From NCBI RefSeq assembly GCF_000284115.1, contig NC_017080.1:3450001-3482000 (forward strand): DNA of 32,000 nucleotides. Reading direction: 5' to 3'. Positions 9,575-21,548 of the stretch are shown one piece after another. The DNA comes from Phycisphaera mikurensis NBRC 102666 (GTDB taxonomy: Bacteria > Planctomycetota > Phycisphaerae > Phycisphaerales > Phycisphaeraceae). The notes beneath the pieces were generated by a model. That model was not told the DNA's origin, searched no databases, and worked only from the letters and a program-made list of their open reading frames with translations. How positions within the stretch are numbered: the first letter of the stretch is position 1; every line of letters starts with the position of its first letter. The position numbers and the translations under genes were made by a program.

Positions 9575-9784
9575 TCAGGCGGAGGCGGGGGCGTTCCCGA
9601 GGACGCGGCGGCGCTGCTCGGTGAGCACGCGGGCGACGTCGCGGCGGAGCCGGCCGAAGGTGCGGTTGTTCTCGACCTTCTCGGTGACGGCTTTGCTCCG
9701 CAGGTCGAAGAGCTCCCGGCGGACCTGACCGAGCGTCTCGGCGAGCTGCTCGTCGGTCATCTTGGTGACTTCGTCGTTCTTCAC
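9575..9784 (-). CDS. rpmC: 50S ribosomal protein L29
   Basis: C-terminal part of the 254-aa track ORF. GTG at 9784 gives (M)KNDEVTKMTDEQLAETLGQVRRELFDLR. This aligns position for position with E. coli L29 [29 protein letters not shown] (from memory). ATG 9760 is an alternative start. Confidence 0.85.
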   Translation of the reverse strand: MKNDEVTKMTDEQLAETLGQVRRELFDLRSKAVTEKVENNRTFGRLRRDVARVLTEQRRRVLGNAPASA

Positions 9785-9846
9785 GTGGGTCTTTCGGGCT
9801 CCGGCCGTGGCCGGGGAGGGGTTGGGGAGGTCGGGGGCGCGTGCGC

Positions 9847-10263
9847 TCAGGCGGAGCGACGGACGACGAAGCGGCAGCGGAAAGGCATCTTGTGGGCGAC
9901 GCGGGCGAAGGCGGCCTTGGCCATCGACTCCGGGACACCGGCCATCTCGTAGACGATCGTCCCGGGCTTCACGACCGCGGCCCAGTACTCCGGCTCCGCC
10001 TTGCCCTTGCCCATCCGCGTCTCCAGCGGCTTCTTGGAGATCGGCTTGTCCGGGAAGACCCGGACGAACAGCTTCCCCTCGCGGGAGACGTACTGCCGGG
10101 CGGCGATGCGGCCGGCCTCGATCTGCCGGGCCGTCAACCAGCCGCCCTCGAGCAGCTGCAGCGCGTAGTCGCCGAAGGAGACCTTGTTCCCGCGGCAAGC
10201 CACGGTCTTGTTGGAGCCGCGCTGCTGCTTGCGGAACTTGACTCGTTTGGGGAGGAGTGGCAT
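9847..10263 (-). CDS. rplP: 50S ribosomal protein L16
   Basis: 138 aa; [16 protein letters not shown] and [12 protein letters not shown] motifs. Confidence 0.95.
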   Translation of the reverse strand: MPLLPKRVKFRKQQRGSNKTVACRGNKVSFGDYALQLLEGGWLTARQIEAGRIAARQYVSREGKLFVRVFPDKPISKKPLETRMGKGKAEPEYWAAVVKPGTIVYEMAGVPESMAKAAFARVAHKMPFRCRFVVRRSA

Positions 10264-10310
10264 GGCTGTGGCTCGCGGCGTCGCCGCGTGGGGTGGTTCG
10301 GGGAGGCGGG

Positions 10311-10356
10311 CCGCGGACCGCGGCCGGTTTGAGGCTCAAAGAGCCACGGTCCGCGG
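10311..10356. repeat. REP-like palindromic element (CCGCGGACCG ... CGGTCCGCGG) in the rpsC-rplP spacer
   Basis: 10-bp perfect arms with a 26-nt loop that contains the inner hairpin TTTGAG-G-CTCAAA. Shares the 12-mer GCCGCGGACCGC with the elements at 18801 and 25108. Confidence 0.6.
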
Positions 10357-10375
10357 AAGGATCCGCGGGTTCGGA

Positions 10376-11083
10376 TCAGCGGCGTCCGCGGGCCCGCGCG
10401 GTCGCGCCGGCGGCGGAGGACTCGTACTCCTGCTCGCTGTCCTGCGTGTACAGACCCTTGTAGATCCAGACCTTCACGCCGATGGTGCCGTAGGTGGTCT
10501 TGGAGATGGCGAAGCCGTAGTCGACGTTCGCCTGGAGGGTCGCCAGCGGGATGCTGCCGAGCGAGACCACCTCCGAGCGGCTCATCTCGTGGCCGCCGAG
10601 GCGGCCGGAGAGCATGATCTTGACGCCCTTGCAGACGCCGCAGTTCATCGCGGCTTCGGCCTTCATCTTCATGACGCGGCGGAAGCTGGCCCGCTTGGCG
10701 AGCTGCTCGGCGATGGACTCGCCGATGAGCTGGGCGTCGGCGTCGGGCGTGGGAACCTCGACGCAGTTCATCGAGACGTTCCGCCCGGTGAGGTGCTGCA
10801 GCTCGTTGGTCAGCCGGTCGATCTCCGCGCCCTTGGGCCCGATGACCAGCCCCGGACGCGCGGTCCGGATGATGATCTTGAGCTCTTCACGCGTCCGCTC
10901 GATGTGGATGTCGGCGACGGCCGCGTACGGGGGCTTGCGGTTGAGCTCGTGGTCGAGGTACCGCCGGATGCGGAAGTCCTCGACGAGAAGCTCGCCGTAG
11001 AGCGCCTTGGGGGCGTACCAGCGGCTGCGGTGTGCCTGCGTGATCCCGACGCGGAATCCAAAGGGGTGGACTTTCTGACCCAT
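10376..11083 (-). CDS. rpsC: 30S ribosomal protein S3
   Basis: Track ORF trimmed to ATG 11083 (MGQKVHPFGFRVGI...), the canonical S3 start. KH domain and GRLGGHEMSR motif present. Confidence 0.93.
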   Translation of the reverse strand: MGQKVHPFGFRVGITQAHRSRWYAPKALYGELLVEDFRIRRYLDHELNRKPPYAAVADIHIERTREELKIIIRTARPGLVIGPKGAEIDRLTNELQHLTGRNVSMNCVEVPTPDADAQLIGESIAEQLAKRASFRRVMKMKAEAAMNCGVCKGVKIMLSGRLGGHEMSRSEVVSLGSIPLATLQANVDYGFAISKTTYGTIGVKVWIYKGLYTQDSEQEYESSAAGATARARGRR

Positions 11084-11156
11084 AACGGTTCGAGGGGTTG
11101 CGGCGTCGCTTCGGGACGCGGGGAATGATCGGATCGGGCGCGTTTCCGCGGGAGCT

Positions 11157-11486
11157 TCAGGCTTCGGAGACGCCGACGGTGATGTGGCTGGTCCGCTTCT
11201 TGATCGCGTGGGCACGCCCGCGATCCTTCGGCTGGAAACGCTTGATCGTGGGGCCGCTGTCGACGCGGGCGTCGCTGACCTTCAACCGGCGGACGTTCGC
11301 TTCGCCCTGGTCTGCGTTGGCGATCGCGGCGAGGAGCGTGGTCTTCACGAAGAGCGCGGCGCGGAGCTTCGAGAGCTCCAGGGTCGTCACGGCCTCGGCC
11401 GCGGGCTTGTTGCGGATGAGGTTCACGACCTGGCGGACCTTGAGCGGGCTGATCCGGGCGTTGCGGTGGGTGCTGGTGAAGGCCAT
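11157..11486 (-). CDS. rplV: 50S ribosomal protein L22
   Basis: Track ORF trimmed to ATG 11486 (MAFTSTHRNARISPLKVRQVVNLIR...KRTSHITVGVSE). Close to the E. coli L22 pattern. Confidence 0.92.
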   Translation of the reverse strand: MAFTSTHRNARISPLKVRQVVNLIRNKPAAEAVTTLELSKLRAALFVKTTLLAAIANADQGEANVRRLKVSDARVDSGPTIKRFQPKDRGRAHAIKKRTSHITVGVSEA

Positions 11487-11556
11487 CGGGGGCGTCCGTC
11501 GGGAAAAGGGGGAGGGCTCGCCTCGCGGCGAGATCGGGCGTCGATCGGGGCGTCGC

Positions 11557-11847
11557 CTAGGTGCGGCCCTGGGCACGCTGAGCCTTGGTGCCGGTGGTGT
11601 GGCTCCGGAAGTTGCGGGTGAGCGAGAACTCGCCGAGCTTGTGCCCGACCATGTCCTCGGTCACGAACACGCTGGGGAAGGCCTTGCCGTTGTGCACGAG
11701 GAAGGTGTGGCCGACGAACTCGGGCACGATGGTGCAGGCGCGGGCCCAGGTCTTGATGGGCTGGCGGCGGTCCATCTGCGTCAGCTGCTCCACCTTGCGG
11801 TACAGCTTCAGGTCGACGTAGGGGCCTTTTTTCAGCGAGCGGGACAT
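11557..11847 (-). CDS. rpsS: 30S ribosomal protein S19
   Basis: 96 aa; [24 protein letters not shown] and GHKLGEF motifs. Confidence 0.95.
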   Translation of the reverse strand: MSRSLKKGPYVDLKLYRKVEQLTQMDRRQPIKTWARACTIVPEFVGHTFLVHNGKAFPSVFVTEDMVGHKLGEFSLTRNFRSHTTGTKAQRAQGRT

Positions 11848-11922
11848 CGTGTCTTCTCAGGAGTGGGGTCCCCTCGGGGACCGGAACAGGCTTGGGGATC
11901 GGTGGCGGTCGCCACCGCTTCA

Positions 11923-12780
11923 TCAGCGGAGCTTCAGCTGGCCGAAGCGCTTCGAGACGCGGCGGCGGATGATCCGCTTGTTCGAGGCCTTGCCCGGCTT
12001 GCGGGTGCGGCCGCCCTTGGCGAGCGTGCCCGACCGCTGGGCCGGGGGGCGGTTGCCCGACGACTTGTTGTCGCCGCCGCCCATCGGGTGCTCGTGGTGG
12101 TTCTTCGCCATGCCGCGGTTGTTGGGCCGGCGGCCGAGGTGGCGGCTCTTGCCGGCCTTGCCCAGCACCGTCTTGTTGTGGTCGGTGTTGCCGACCTGAC
12201 CGACGGTGGCCCGGCACATGACGCTCACCTGGCGGGTCTCGCCCGAGGGGAAGGTCAGCGTCGCCCACTTGCCCTCGCGGTTGGTCAGACGGGCGTAGGT
12301 GCCGGCCGCCCGGCACATCTGGCCGCCGCCGCCGGGCTGGAGCTCGATGTTGTGGACGTTCAGGCCGGTGGGGATGTCGCGGAGCAGCAGGCAGTTGCCC
12401 GGCTTGGGCTCGATTCGCTCGGCGGACGACAGGATCACTTCGCCGTCGGTCAGGCCGATCGGGGCGAGGATGTACCGCTTCTCGCCGTCCTCGTACCGGA
12501 TCAAGGCGATGTTGGCGGAGCGGTTGGGGTCGTACTCGATGCCGACGACCGTGCCGGGCACGTCCAGCTTCTTGCGGCTGAAGTCCATGCGGCGGTACCG
12601 CTGCTTGTTGCCGCCGCCGCGGTTCTGGACCGTGATCCGGCCCTGGCAGTTGCGGCCACCGTGCTTCTTCTGAGCCTCGAGCAGCGTCTTCTCGGGCTTG
12701 GTCTTGGTGACCTCGCTGTAGAGGTTGACGCTGGCGTTGCGACGCCCGGGGCTGGTTCTCTTGTAGATCCGAATGGCCAT
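11923..12780 (-). CDS. rplB: 50S ribosomal protein L2
   Basis: 285 aa; GGRNCQGRITV, NRGGGNKQRYR and HEHPMGGGD motifs. Confidence 0.96.
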   Translation of the reverse strand: MAIRIYKRTSPGRRNASVNLYSEVTKTKPEKTLLEAQKKHGGRNCQGRITVQNRGGGNKQRYRRMDFSRKKLDVPGTVVGIEYDPNRSANIALIRYEDGEKRYILAPIGLTDGEVILSSAERIEPKPGNCLLLRDIPTGLNVHNIELQPGGGGQMCRAAGTYARLTNREGKWATLTFPSGETRQVSVMCRATVGQVGNTDHNKTVLGKAGKSRHLGRRPNNRGMAKNHHEHPMGGGDNKSSGNRPPAQRSGTLAKGGRTRKPGKASNKRIIRRRVSKRFGQLKLR

Positions 12781-12870
12781 GGTGGTTCCGGGCGACGCCC
12801 GTCCTGGGGTGCTGGGTGGCGGGGGGACCCTGAGGTCCGAGAGCGAGCCGCCGGGGCGGCCCGTGGAAGA

Positions 12871-13152
12871 TCAGTACAGGTCGATCGAGTCTTCCGCGTG
12901 GAGCTGCACGATCGCCCGCTTGACCGTCGGCGTCGTCGTGGTGCCGTAGCGGTTCCTCTTCGCCTCGCCCTTGCGGTTCATCGTGGCGACGGACTCGACG
13001 CGGACGCCGTAGAGCTTCGCGATGGACGCGGCCACCTGGGGCTTGGTTGCGTCTTTGTGGATCTCGAAGGCGTAACGGTTGCGGCTGCCCGCTTCCCACG
13101 TCGTCTTCTCGGTGATGATCGGGCGCTTGATGATCTGAGTGGCGTCGAGCAT
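12871..13152 (-). CDS. rplW: 50S ribosomal protein L23
   Basis: 93 aa; IIKRPIITEKT and YAFEIHKDATKPQV motifs. The ATG overlaps the rplD stop by 1 nt (TAATG). Confidence 0.92.
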   Translation of the reverse strand: MLDATQIIKRPIITEKTTWEAGSRNRYAFEIHKDATKPQVAASIAKLYGVRVESVATMNRKGEAKRNRYGTTTTPTVKRAIVQLHAEDSIDLY

Positions 13153-13871
13153 TACGCGGCCTCCGTCGTCTGGCTGCTAAAGGAGTGGGTCCGAGCGTCG
13201 AGGCCTTCGACCAGCTTGTCGGTCTTGCTCGTGGCGGGCTTCTCGTCGTTCACGAACTTCGCGAGGTAGGCCTCGAAGGCGTCCTTGTGCATCACCAGGT
13301 AGCGGTGGTTCAGGAGCTCGAAGACGTCGAGCTGCTCGCTCTGGGTGACCGTGACGCCGGGGATGTTCCGGGCGGACTTCGCCTCGACCGTGCGGGTGTC
13401 GGCGAGGGCGACGAGGCAGGTGCGGTCGACCCCGAGCGCCTCCATGAGGGCGATGAAGGATTTGGTGCTGGGGGCACCGGAGGCGGGCACGTCGACCAGC
13501 TTGATCTCGCCGTCGACGGCCTTGGCCAGGAGGGCGTTGCGGTTGGCGAGGCGGCGCATCTTGCGGGGCATCTCCTGCCGCCAGTCGTGCTTGATCTTGG
13601 CCTTCGCCGAGCCGCCGCCGCGGAGCAGGTTGGCCTTCTTGTCGCCGCGACGCGCGTTGCCGGTGCCCTTCTGCTTGTAGAGCTTCCGGGTGGAGCCTTG
13701 CACGTCGGCCCGCGACTTCGTGGGCGAGTTGATCGAGCGGCGGTTGGCATGACCGCGGACGAAGGCCTGCTTGAGCAGGGCCGGGCGGACCTCGCCGCCG
13801 AGCTTGGCCTCGTCCAGCTGGACGGAGCCGAGCCGCTCGCCGGTCTCGTTGTAGTAGGGGACTTCAATCAT
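13152..13871 (-). CDS. rplD: 50S ribosomal protein L4 (with ~30-aa C-terminal extension)
   Basis: 239 aa; KQKGTGNARRG motif and L4 body. Synteny between rplC and rplW. Confidence 0.92.
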   Translation of the reverse strand: MIEVPYYNETGERLGSVQLDEAKLGGEVRPALLKQAFVRGHANRRSINSPTKSRADVQGSTRKLYKQKGTGNARRGDKKANLLRGGGSAKAKIKHDWRQEMPRKMRRLANRNALLAKAVDGEIKLVDVPASGAPSTKSFIALMEALGVDRTCLVALADTRTVEAKSARNIPGVTVTQSEQLDVFELLNHRYLVMHKDAFEAYLAKFVNDEKPATSKTDKLVEGLDARTHSFSSQTTEAA

Positions 13872-13961
13872 CGGGGTGCTGTTCCTGGGCCGGCGGGGGC
13901 GCCTTCTGCGGGCGGGTTGCGCGAACCGCTTCAGGGCCCGCGGGTCGGAGCGACGCGGGCT

Positions 13962-14693
13962 TTATCCGGCGGCCTCGAGGGCGTGGATCTTCCGCTTCCA
14001 CAGGCGGCGGGCGGTGCGGACCTCCACCAGGCCGCCCTTGGGGCCGGGGATCGGCCCCTTCACGAGCAGGAGGTCGTTCTCCGCATCCACCGAAACCACC
14101 GGCAGGTTGCGGACGCTGACCCGCTCGTCGCCCATGTGGCCGCTCATGCGGATGCCTTTCTTGGGCTTGCCCGTGCCGAGGTTCGAGCTCCGCCCGCCGA
14201 TGGAACCCGGGGACCGGTGCTTCCGCTCGACGCCGTGACTGGCCTCCTGGCCGCCGAAGCCGTGCCGCTTCATCGCTCCCTGGAAGCCCTTGCCCTTGGA
14301 GGTGCCGACGACGTCGACGTAGGTGACGTCCTCGAAGTCGGCGGCGGTGACACGCTGCCCCAGCTCAAAGGCCACGCCGTGGTTGGATTCTCCATCACCC
14401 GCCGCGGGCCCTTGCAGCCGGAGCTCGCGGTGGAACCGCTGGGGGGCCGCGCCGGCCTTGGCGTCGTGGCCGATGAGCGGCATCGTCGACGAGCGACCCT
14501 TGATCTCGGCGAAGCCGAGCTGCACGCCGTGGTAGCCGTCGAGCTCCAGGGTGCGGACCTGCGTCACCACGCAGGGCCCGACCTGGATGACGGTCACGGG
14601 CTGGTCGATGCCGTTCTCCCCGAAGAGGCGCGTCATCCCGACTTTGCGGCCGAGGATCATCCGGTTGGGCTGGGGGTTCTCTGGAGCGGACAT
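13962..14693 (-). CDS. rplC: 50S ribosomal protein L3
   Basis: 243 aa; ILGRKVGMTRLF and GKGFQGAMKRHGF motifs. Confidence 0.95.
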   Translation of the reverse strand: MSAPENPQPNRMILGRKVGMTRLFGENGIDQPVTVIQVGPCVVTQVRTLELDGYHGVQLGFAEIKGRSSTMPLIGHDAKAGAAPQRFHRELRLQGPAAGDGESNHGVAFELGQRVTAADFEDVTYVDVVGTSKGKGFQGAMKRHGFGGQEASHGVERKHRSPGSIGGRSSNLGTGKPKKGIRMSGHMGDERVSVRNLPVVSVDAENDLLLVKGPIPGPKGGLVEVRTARRLWKRKIHALEAAG

Positions 14694-14975
14694 CGGGTGG
14701 CTTTCAGGTTGCGGTTGCGGGTTTCGCTGGCGCCCCCGGTTTGGTCCGGGGCAGACAGCCGCGGCCCGGTCTTGACGGACTCTCCCAACTCGCGGCGGGC
14801 CGCGGCGTGGAGGTCTCCGTCAGAGGAACGGGCCTTGCCGGGAGCCGACACCTCGAGGCGGAGGGTCGGGGATCCCGGCTCCGGCATCGCGTCTTCGCCG
14901 GAGCGGAAACGGGCCGAGCGTGGGAGCGGGCAGCGGATCGAGCCGTCGAGGCCCGGCACGCTGCGGCGGGCGGGG

Positions 14976-15004
14976 AGGATAGCGGTGCGTCACACGCATC
15001 GCAA
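14976..15004 (-). promoter_or_regulatory. candidate internal sigma70-like promoter in the rpsJ-rplC spacer
   Basis: Minus-sense TTGCGA (15004..14999), 17-nt spacer, TATCCT (14981..14976). Each hexamer matches consensus at 4/6, and the spacer contains a TGCGT-GTG-ACGCA hairpin. Pattern match only. Confidence 0.2.
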
Positions 15005-15026
15005 ATCCCCCCCCCGGCGGACGGGC

Positions 15027-15335
<309 letters not shown>

Positions 15336-15463
15336 CGGTACTTCTTGCGGTTCGGGGGTGCGGGGTGGGGATCCATCCACCGCCCAGCCGGCGGCGTCTG
15401 CGTCGATCGGCGACCACAGGAGCGAGACCCGGAAGCCGGTCCCGTCGCTGCGCCGCGTCGGGC

Positions 15464-15491
15464 AGCGTAATCAGGCGTCGCGGGCTGTCAA
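15464..15491 (-). promoter_or_regulatory. candidate sigma70-type promoter of the S10-spc cluster
   Basis: Minus-sense TTGACA (15491..15486), 16-nt spacer, TACGCT (15469..15464). Lies in the 280-nt gap between the uvrA stop and the rpsJ start, about 120 nt upstream of the rpsJ ATG. Confidence 0.35.
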
Positions 15492-15615
15492 CCGGGCCCG
15501 CGGCGCCGGCCCGGGCCGCGGAGGGACGCGTCGGGCCGGCGGGCGGCCCCGACCGCTTCTCGCGGGCCGCGGCACGGCCCCGTCGGGGCTGCGAGCGGGG
15601 TCCCGCAGCGGCCCG

Positions 15616-18765
<3,150 letters not shown>

Positions 18766-18800
18766 GGCCGCGAGCGTAGGAGCGGCGGGAGCGGGGTCCC

Positions 18801-18848
18801 GCCGCGGACCGCGGGCGTTTCCGGCCCGAGCGTGCCGCGGTCCGCGGC
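18801..18848. repeat. REP-like palindromic element (GCCGCGGACCGCGG ... CCGCGGTCCGCGGC)
   Basis: 14-bp perfect arms and a 20-nt loop, in the gap between the uvrA start and the upstream membrane-protein stop. The right arm touches that stop codon. Confidence 0.65.
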
Positions 18849-19288
18849 TACTCCGGAGCGCCGTAGTGGAACGGCGGCTCGACGTAGATGAGGTGCGGCT
18901 CGGCCATGCCCGCGTCCTCCTTCTCCCGCGGGTTCAGGGCGACGATGCCGGCGACCGCGACCACCAGCAGCACCACGACCTCGGCCCAGCCCAGCAGCGT
19001 GGCGCGGGTGACGGGCATCGCGCCCGCCTGCGTCGTGCCGCGGCGGCGGGGCGTCAGCATCGCCTCGCGGTACTGGTAGATGCCCACCAGCGGCAGCGCG
19101 ATCCCCACGGCCACCAGCAGCGGCGGCACGAGGGTCGCCACGCCGTACATGACGAGGTTGAAGACCGTCACCGGGACGCTGACCCCGACGCTGTGCCCGG
19201 AGAGGTCCTCCCCCAGCAGCGAGACGACCGGCTCGGTGCACACCGACGCGGCCACGGCCGCCCCCACCAGCACCGCGCCGAGCACCAT
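18848..19288 (-). CDS. hypothetical integral membrane protein (about 3 TM helices)
   Basis: This is the 3' part of the 529-aa track ORF; its 5' part overlaps fmt in another frame and is rejected. ATG 19288 gives MVLGAVLVGAAVAASV... with three hydrophobic helices. GTG 19357 is an alternative start that adds a basic cytoplasmic N-terminus. Confidence 0.55.
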   Translation of the reverse strand: MVLGAVLVGAAVAASVCTEPVVSLLGEDLSGHSVGVSVPVTVFNLVMYGVATLVPPLLVAVGIALPLVGIYQYREAMLTPRRRGTTQAGAMPVTRATLLGWAEVVVLLVVAVAGIVALNPREKEDAGMAEPHLIYVEPPFHYGAPE

Positions 19289-19458
19289 CCGGCCGCGGAA
19301 GCGCAGCCACTCCCGGCGGGCTGCGTCGGGTCGGCGTGGCGCGTGAGGATCGAACACGGGGGCTTCGGTCGCGTGGGAGGACGGGAGGGTTCCCGGGCCG
19401 GGACCGAAACCTAAACGCTGTCGCCGCCGACGCCAACCGGGGGATTGGACCGCGGCGC

Positions 19459-20412
19459 CTAGGCCTCCACGGCGTGCAGCACCGAGCCGCGGGGGAGGCC
19501 GCCGCCGCGCCGGAACCCCGCCAGCGGGATCACGCCGCGGCCCGGCACCTGCACCTCGAGCAGGCGGACGATCCCGCCCGCCGCGGCCACCCGGCCCTCC
19601 TCGTCGACGGTCCCGGCCGCCGGCGGCTCCCCGTCCACCCGGTCGCCTCCCGGTTCTGCCCGCCGCAGCAGCAGGAAGCCGGCTTCTTCGCCGGCGGGCC
19701 CGCGGACCGCGACGCGGCACCCCGGCCAGGGGTTCAAGCCGTTGATCCGTGCGGCCACCGCGGCGGGCGGGGCGTCGAAGGCGGTCGTTCCGTCGGCCTT
19801 CCGCAGCTTCGCCGCGTGGGTCGCGGCCGACGCGTCCTGTTCCCAGGGGGCCAGCGTCCCGTCCTCCAGGCGGGCGAGCACGGCCAGAACCGCGGCCGGG
19901 CCCAGGGCCGCGAGGCGGTCGTGCACCTCGCCGGCGGTCTCGTGGGGCTGCACCGCCAGCTCGGCCTGCTCGTAGACGGCGCCCGCGTCCATCCGCTCCG
20001 CCAGCGCGATCACGCTCACGCCGGTCACCGCCTCGCCCGCCATCACCGAGCGCTGCACCGGCGCCGCCCCCCGCCAAGCGGGCAGCAGCGAGCCGTGCAG
20101 GTTGACGGACAGACGCCCCATGGCGGCGAGCAGCGGCGGCCCGAGCTTCTGGCCGAAGGCGATGACGACCGAGGCGTCGACGCCGGCGTCGGCCGCGCGA
20201 GCCACGAACGCGGGATCGTTGACGTTCTCGCTCCGCCACGGCTCGACCCCGGCCTCCCGGGCCCAGGCGACGGCGGGGGCGGGCGTCAGCACCCGCTTGC
20301 GGCCGGCCGGCCGGTCCGGCGGGCCCGCCAGCGCGACCACCTCGTGCGCGGCGTGCAGCGCCGCGAAGGTGGGCACGCCGAAGGCGCCGGAGCCGAACAG
20401 GAGCAGCCGCAT
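19459..20412 (-). CDS. fmt: methionyl-tRNA formyltransferase
   Basis: 317 aa; MRLLLFGSGAFGVP, NLHGSLLPAWRGAAPVQRSVMAGE and a C-terminal tRNA-binding domain pattern. Confidence 0.92.
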   Translation of the reverse strand: MRLLLFGSGAFGVPTFAALHAAHEVVALAGPPDRPAGRKRVLTPAPAVAWAREAGVEPWRSENVNDPAFVARAADAGVDASVVIAFGQKLGPPLLAAMGRLSVNLHGSLLPAWRGAAPVQRSVMAGEAVTGVSVIALAERMDAGAVYEQAELAVQPHETAGEVHDRLAALGPAAVLAVLARLEDGTLAPWEQDASAATHAAKLRKADGTTAFDAPPAAVAARINGLNPWPGCRVAVRGPAGEEAGFLLLRRAEPGGDRVDGEPPAAGTVDEEGRVAAAGGIVRLLEVQVPGRGVIPLAGFRRGGGLPRGSVLHAVEA

Positions 20413-20433
20413 GCGCGGAGGCTACCCCCGGCC

Positions 20434-21513
20434 TCACCCGGCCGCGGCGGCGGAGCGGGCGGTGTCGAGCGCGGCCCGGAGGCCCGGCAGCCGCCCGTCA
20501 CGCGGGTCGATCCGCTCGAGCACGACCAGGGTGGCCGCCGCCTGCTCCGGATCGCCGGCGGCGAGGTACCAGCGGGTGGCCTCCGCGGCGGCCAGGGCGT
20601 TGGCCGGGTCGAGCGCCAGCCAGCGCTCGTGGTAGTTGGCGGCCGCGCCGGGCTCGCCGGCGGCGGCGAGCGCCTCGGCGTGGAGCGCCATGACCGCGGG
20701 GGAGTAGAAGTCGTCGGGGTCGGGCAGCCGCAGCACGCGGGCGGCGTCGAGCGGGCGGGCGTCGACGAGGAGGAGCCGCGCCAGCGAGAGCGCGTAGGCG
20801 CGGGCCTCGGGACCCCCGGTTTCCGCCGTCAGGCCGACGGCCCGATCGAGGGCGGCGCGGGCGCCCGCGTCGTCGCCGGCCTCCGCCCGCAGATGGCCGA
20901 GCAGCCCCCAGGCGGTGGCCAGCCCCGCGTCCAGCCGGGTCGCTTTCTCCGCGAGCGTGGCGGCGACGTCGCCGCGGCCGAGCCGCCGGGCGGCGTGAGC
21001 CAGGCGGAGGGTGGCGCGGGCGTCGCGCGGGGCCAGCCGCGTGGCGGAGGCGAAGTGTGCTTCGGCCTCCTCCAGCCGCCCGACCTGCTCCGCCGCCCCG
21101 CCGGCGAGCAGGTGCAGCTCGGCGTCGGCGGCGTCGGCGCCCCCGGCCGACCGCAGCTCCAGCGACCGGGCGAGCGCCGCGTGGGCCGCCTCGCCCCGTC
21201 CCGCGAGGAGCCGGACCTGCCCGAGCAGCGTCCAGCCGGCCGCGAGGTCGGGCCGCTCGGCCACCAACGCTTCGAGGTCGGCGGCCAGCGGCCGCACGTC
21301 GCGGCCGTTCTGCACGCCGGCCCGCATCCGCTCGCCCAGCTCCGCCGCCCGCGCCTGCGCCGCCTCCAGGCTCAGCGGCTCCGCCGGCCGCAGCCCGCCC
21401 AGAAGGACCCACGCCGCCACGAGCGCCACCAGCGACGCGAGCACGACGCCGACCGCGCCGACCGCTGCCCGGCGACCTCCCCCCCGCTCTTCACCAGTCC
21501 GCTCGCTGTGCAT
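20434..21513 (-). CDS. TPR-like repeat protein with N-terminal transmembrane anchor
   Basis: 359 aa; a TM helix (AAVGAVGVVLASLVALVAAWVLLGG) is followed by Ala/Leu-rich repeats of TPR character (AAGWTLLGQVRLLAGRGEAAHAALARSLEL ...). The stop lies 21 nt before the fmt ATG. Confidence 0.7.
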   Translation of the reverse strand: MHSERTGEERGGGRRAAVGAVGVVLASLVALVAAWVLLGGLRPAEPLSLEAAQARAAELGERMRAGVQNGRDVRPLAADLEALVAERPDLAAGWTLLGQVRLLAGRGEAAHAALARSLELRSAGGADAADAELHLLAGGAAEQVGRLEEAEAHFASATRLAPRDARATLRLAHAARRLGRGDVAATLAEKATRLDAGLATAWGLLGHLRAEAGDDAGARAALDRAVGLTAETGGPEARAYALSLARLLLVDARPLDAARVLRLPDPDDFYSPAVMALHAEALAAAGEPGAAANYHERWLALDPANALAAAEATRWYLAAGDPEQAAATLVVLERIDPRDGRLPGLRAALDTARSAAAAG

Positions 21514-21548
21514 CCCCCGAACGTACCGGCTCTACCCTCGCGACCGCC

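Noticed and set aside
14657-14959. 100-aa ORF in the rpsJ-rplC spacer
   Set aside because: It overlaps the rplC start out of frame, has Arg/Pro/Gly/Ser-rich composition, and shows no recognisable motif or ribosome-binding context.
18848-20437. 529-aa ORF treated as one gene
   Set aside because: Its 5' two-thirds overlaps fmt (19459..20412) in a different frame and is Arg/Gly/Pro junk. Only the 3' 146-169 codons, encoding hydrophobic helices, look like a real gene.
21057-21548. Upstream 164 codons of the 419-aa ORF containing the PTPS/QueD-like gene
   Set aside because: This part is antisense to the TPR protein gene, with Pro/Arg/Ala-rich composition. The real gene must start after the divergent ATG at 21513.
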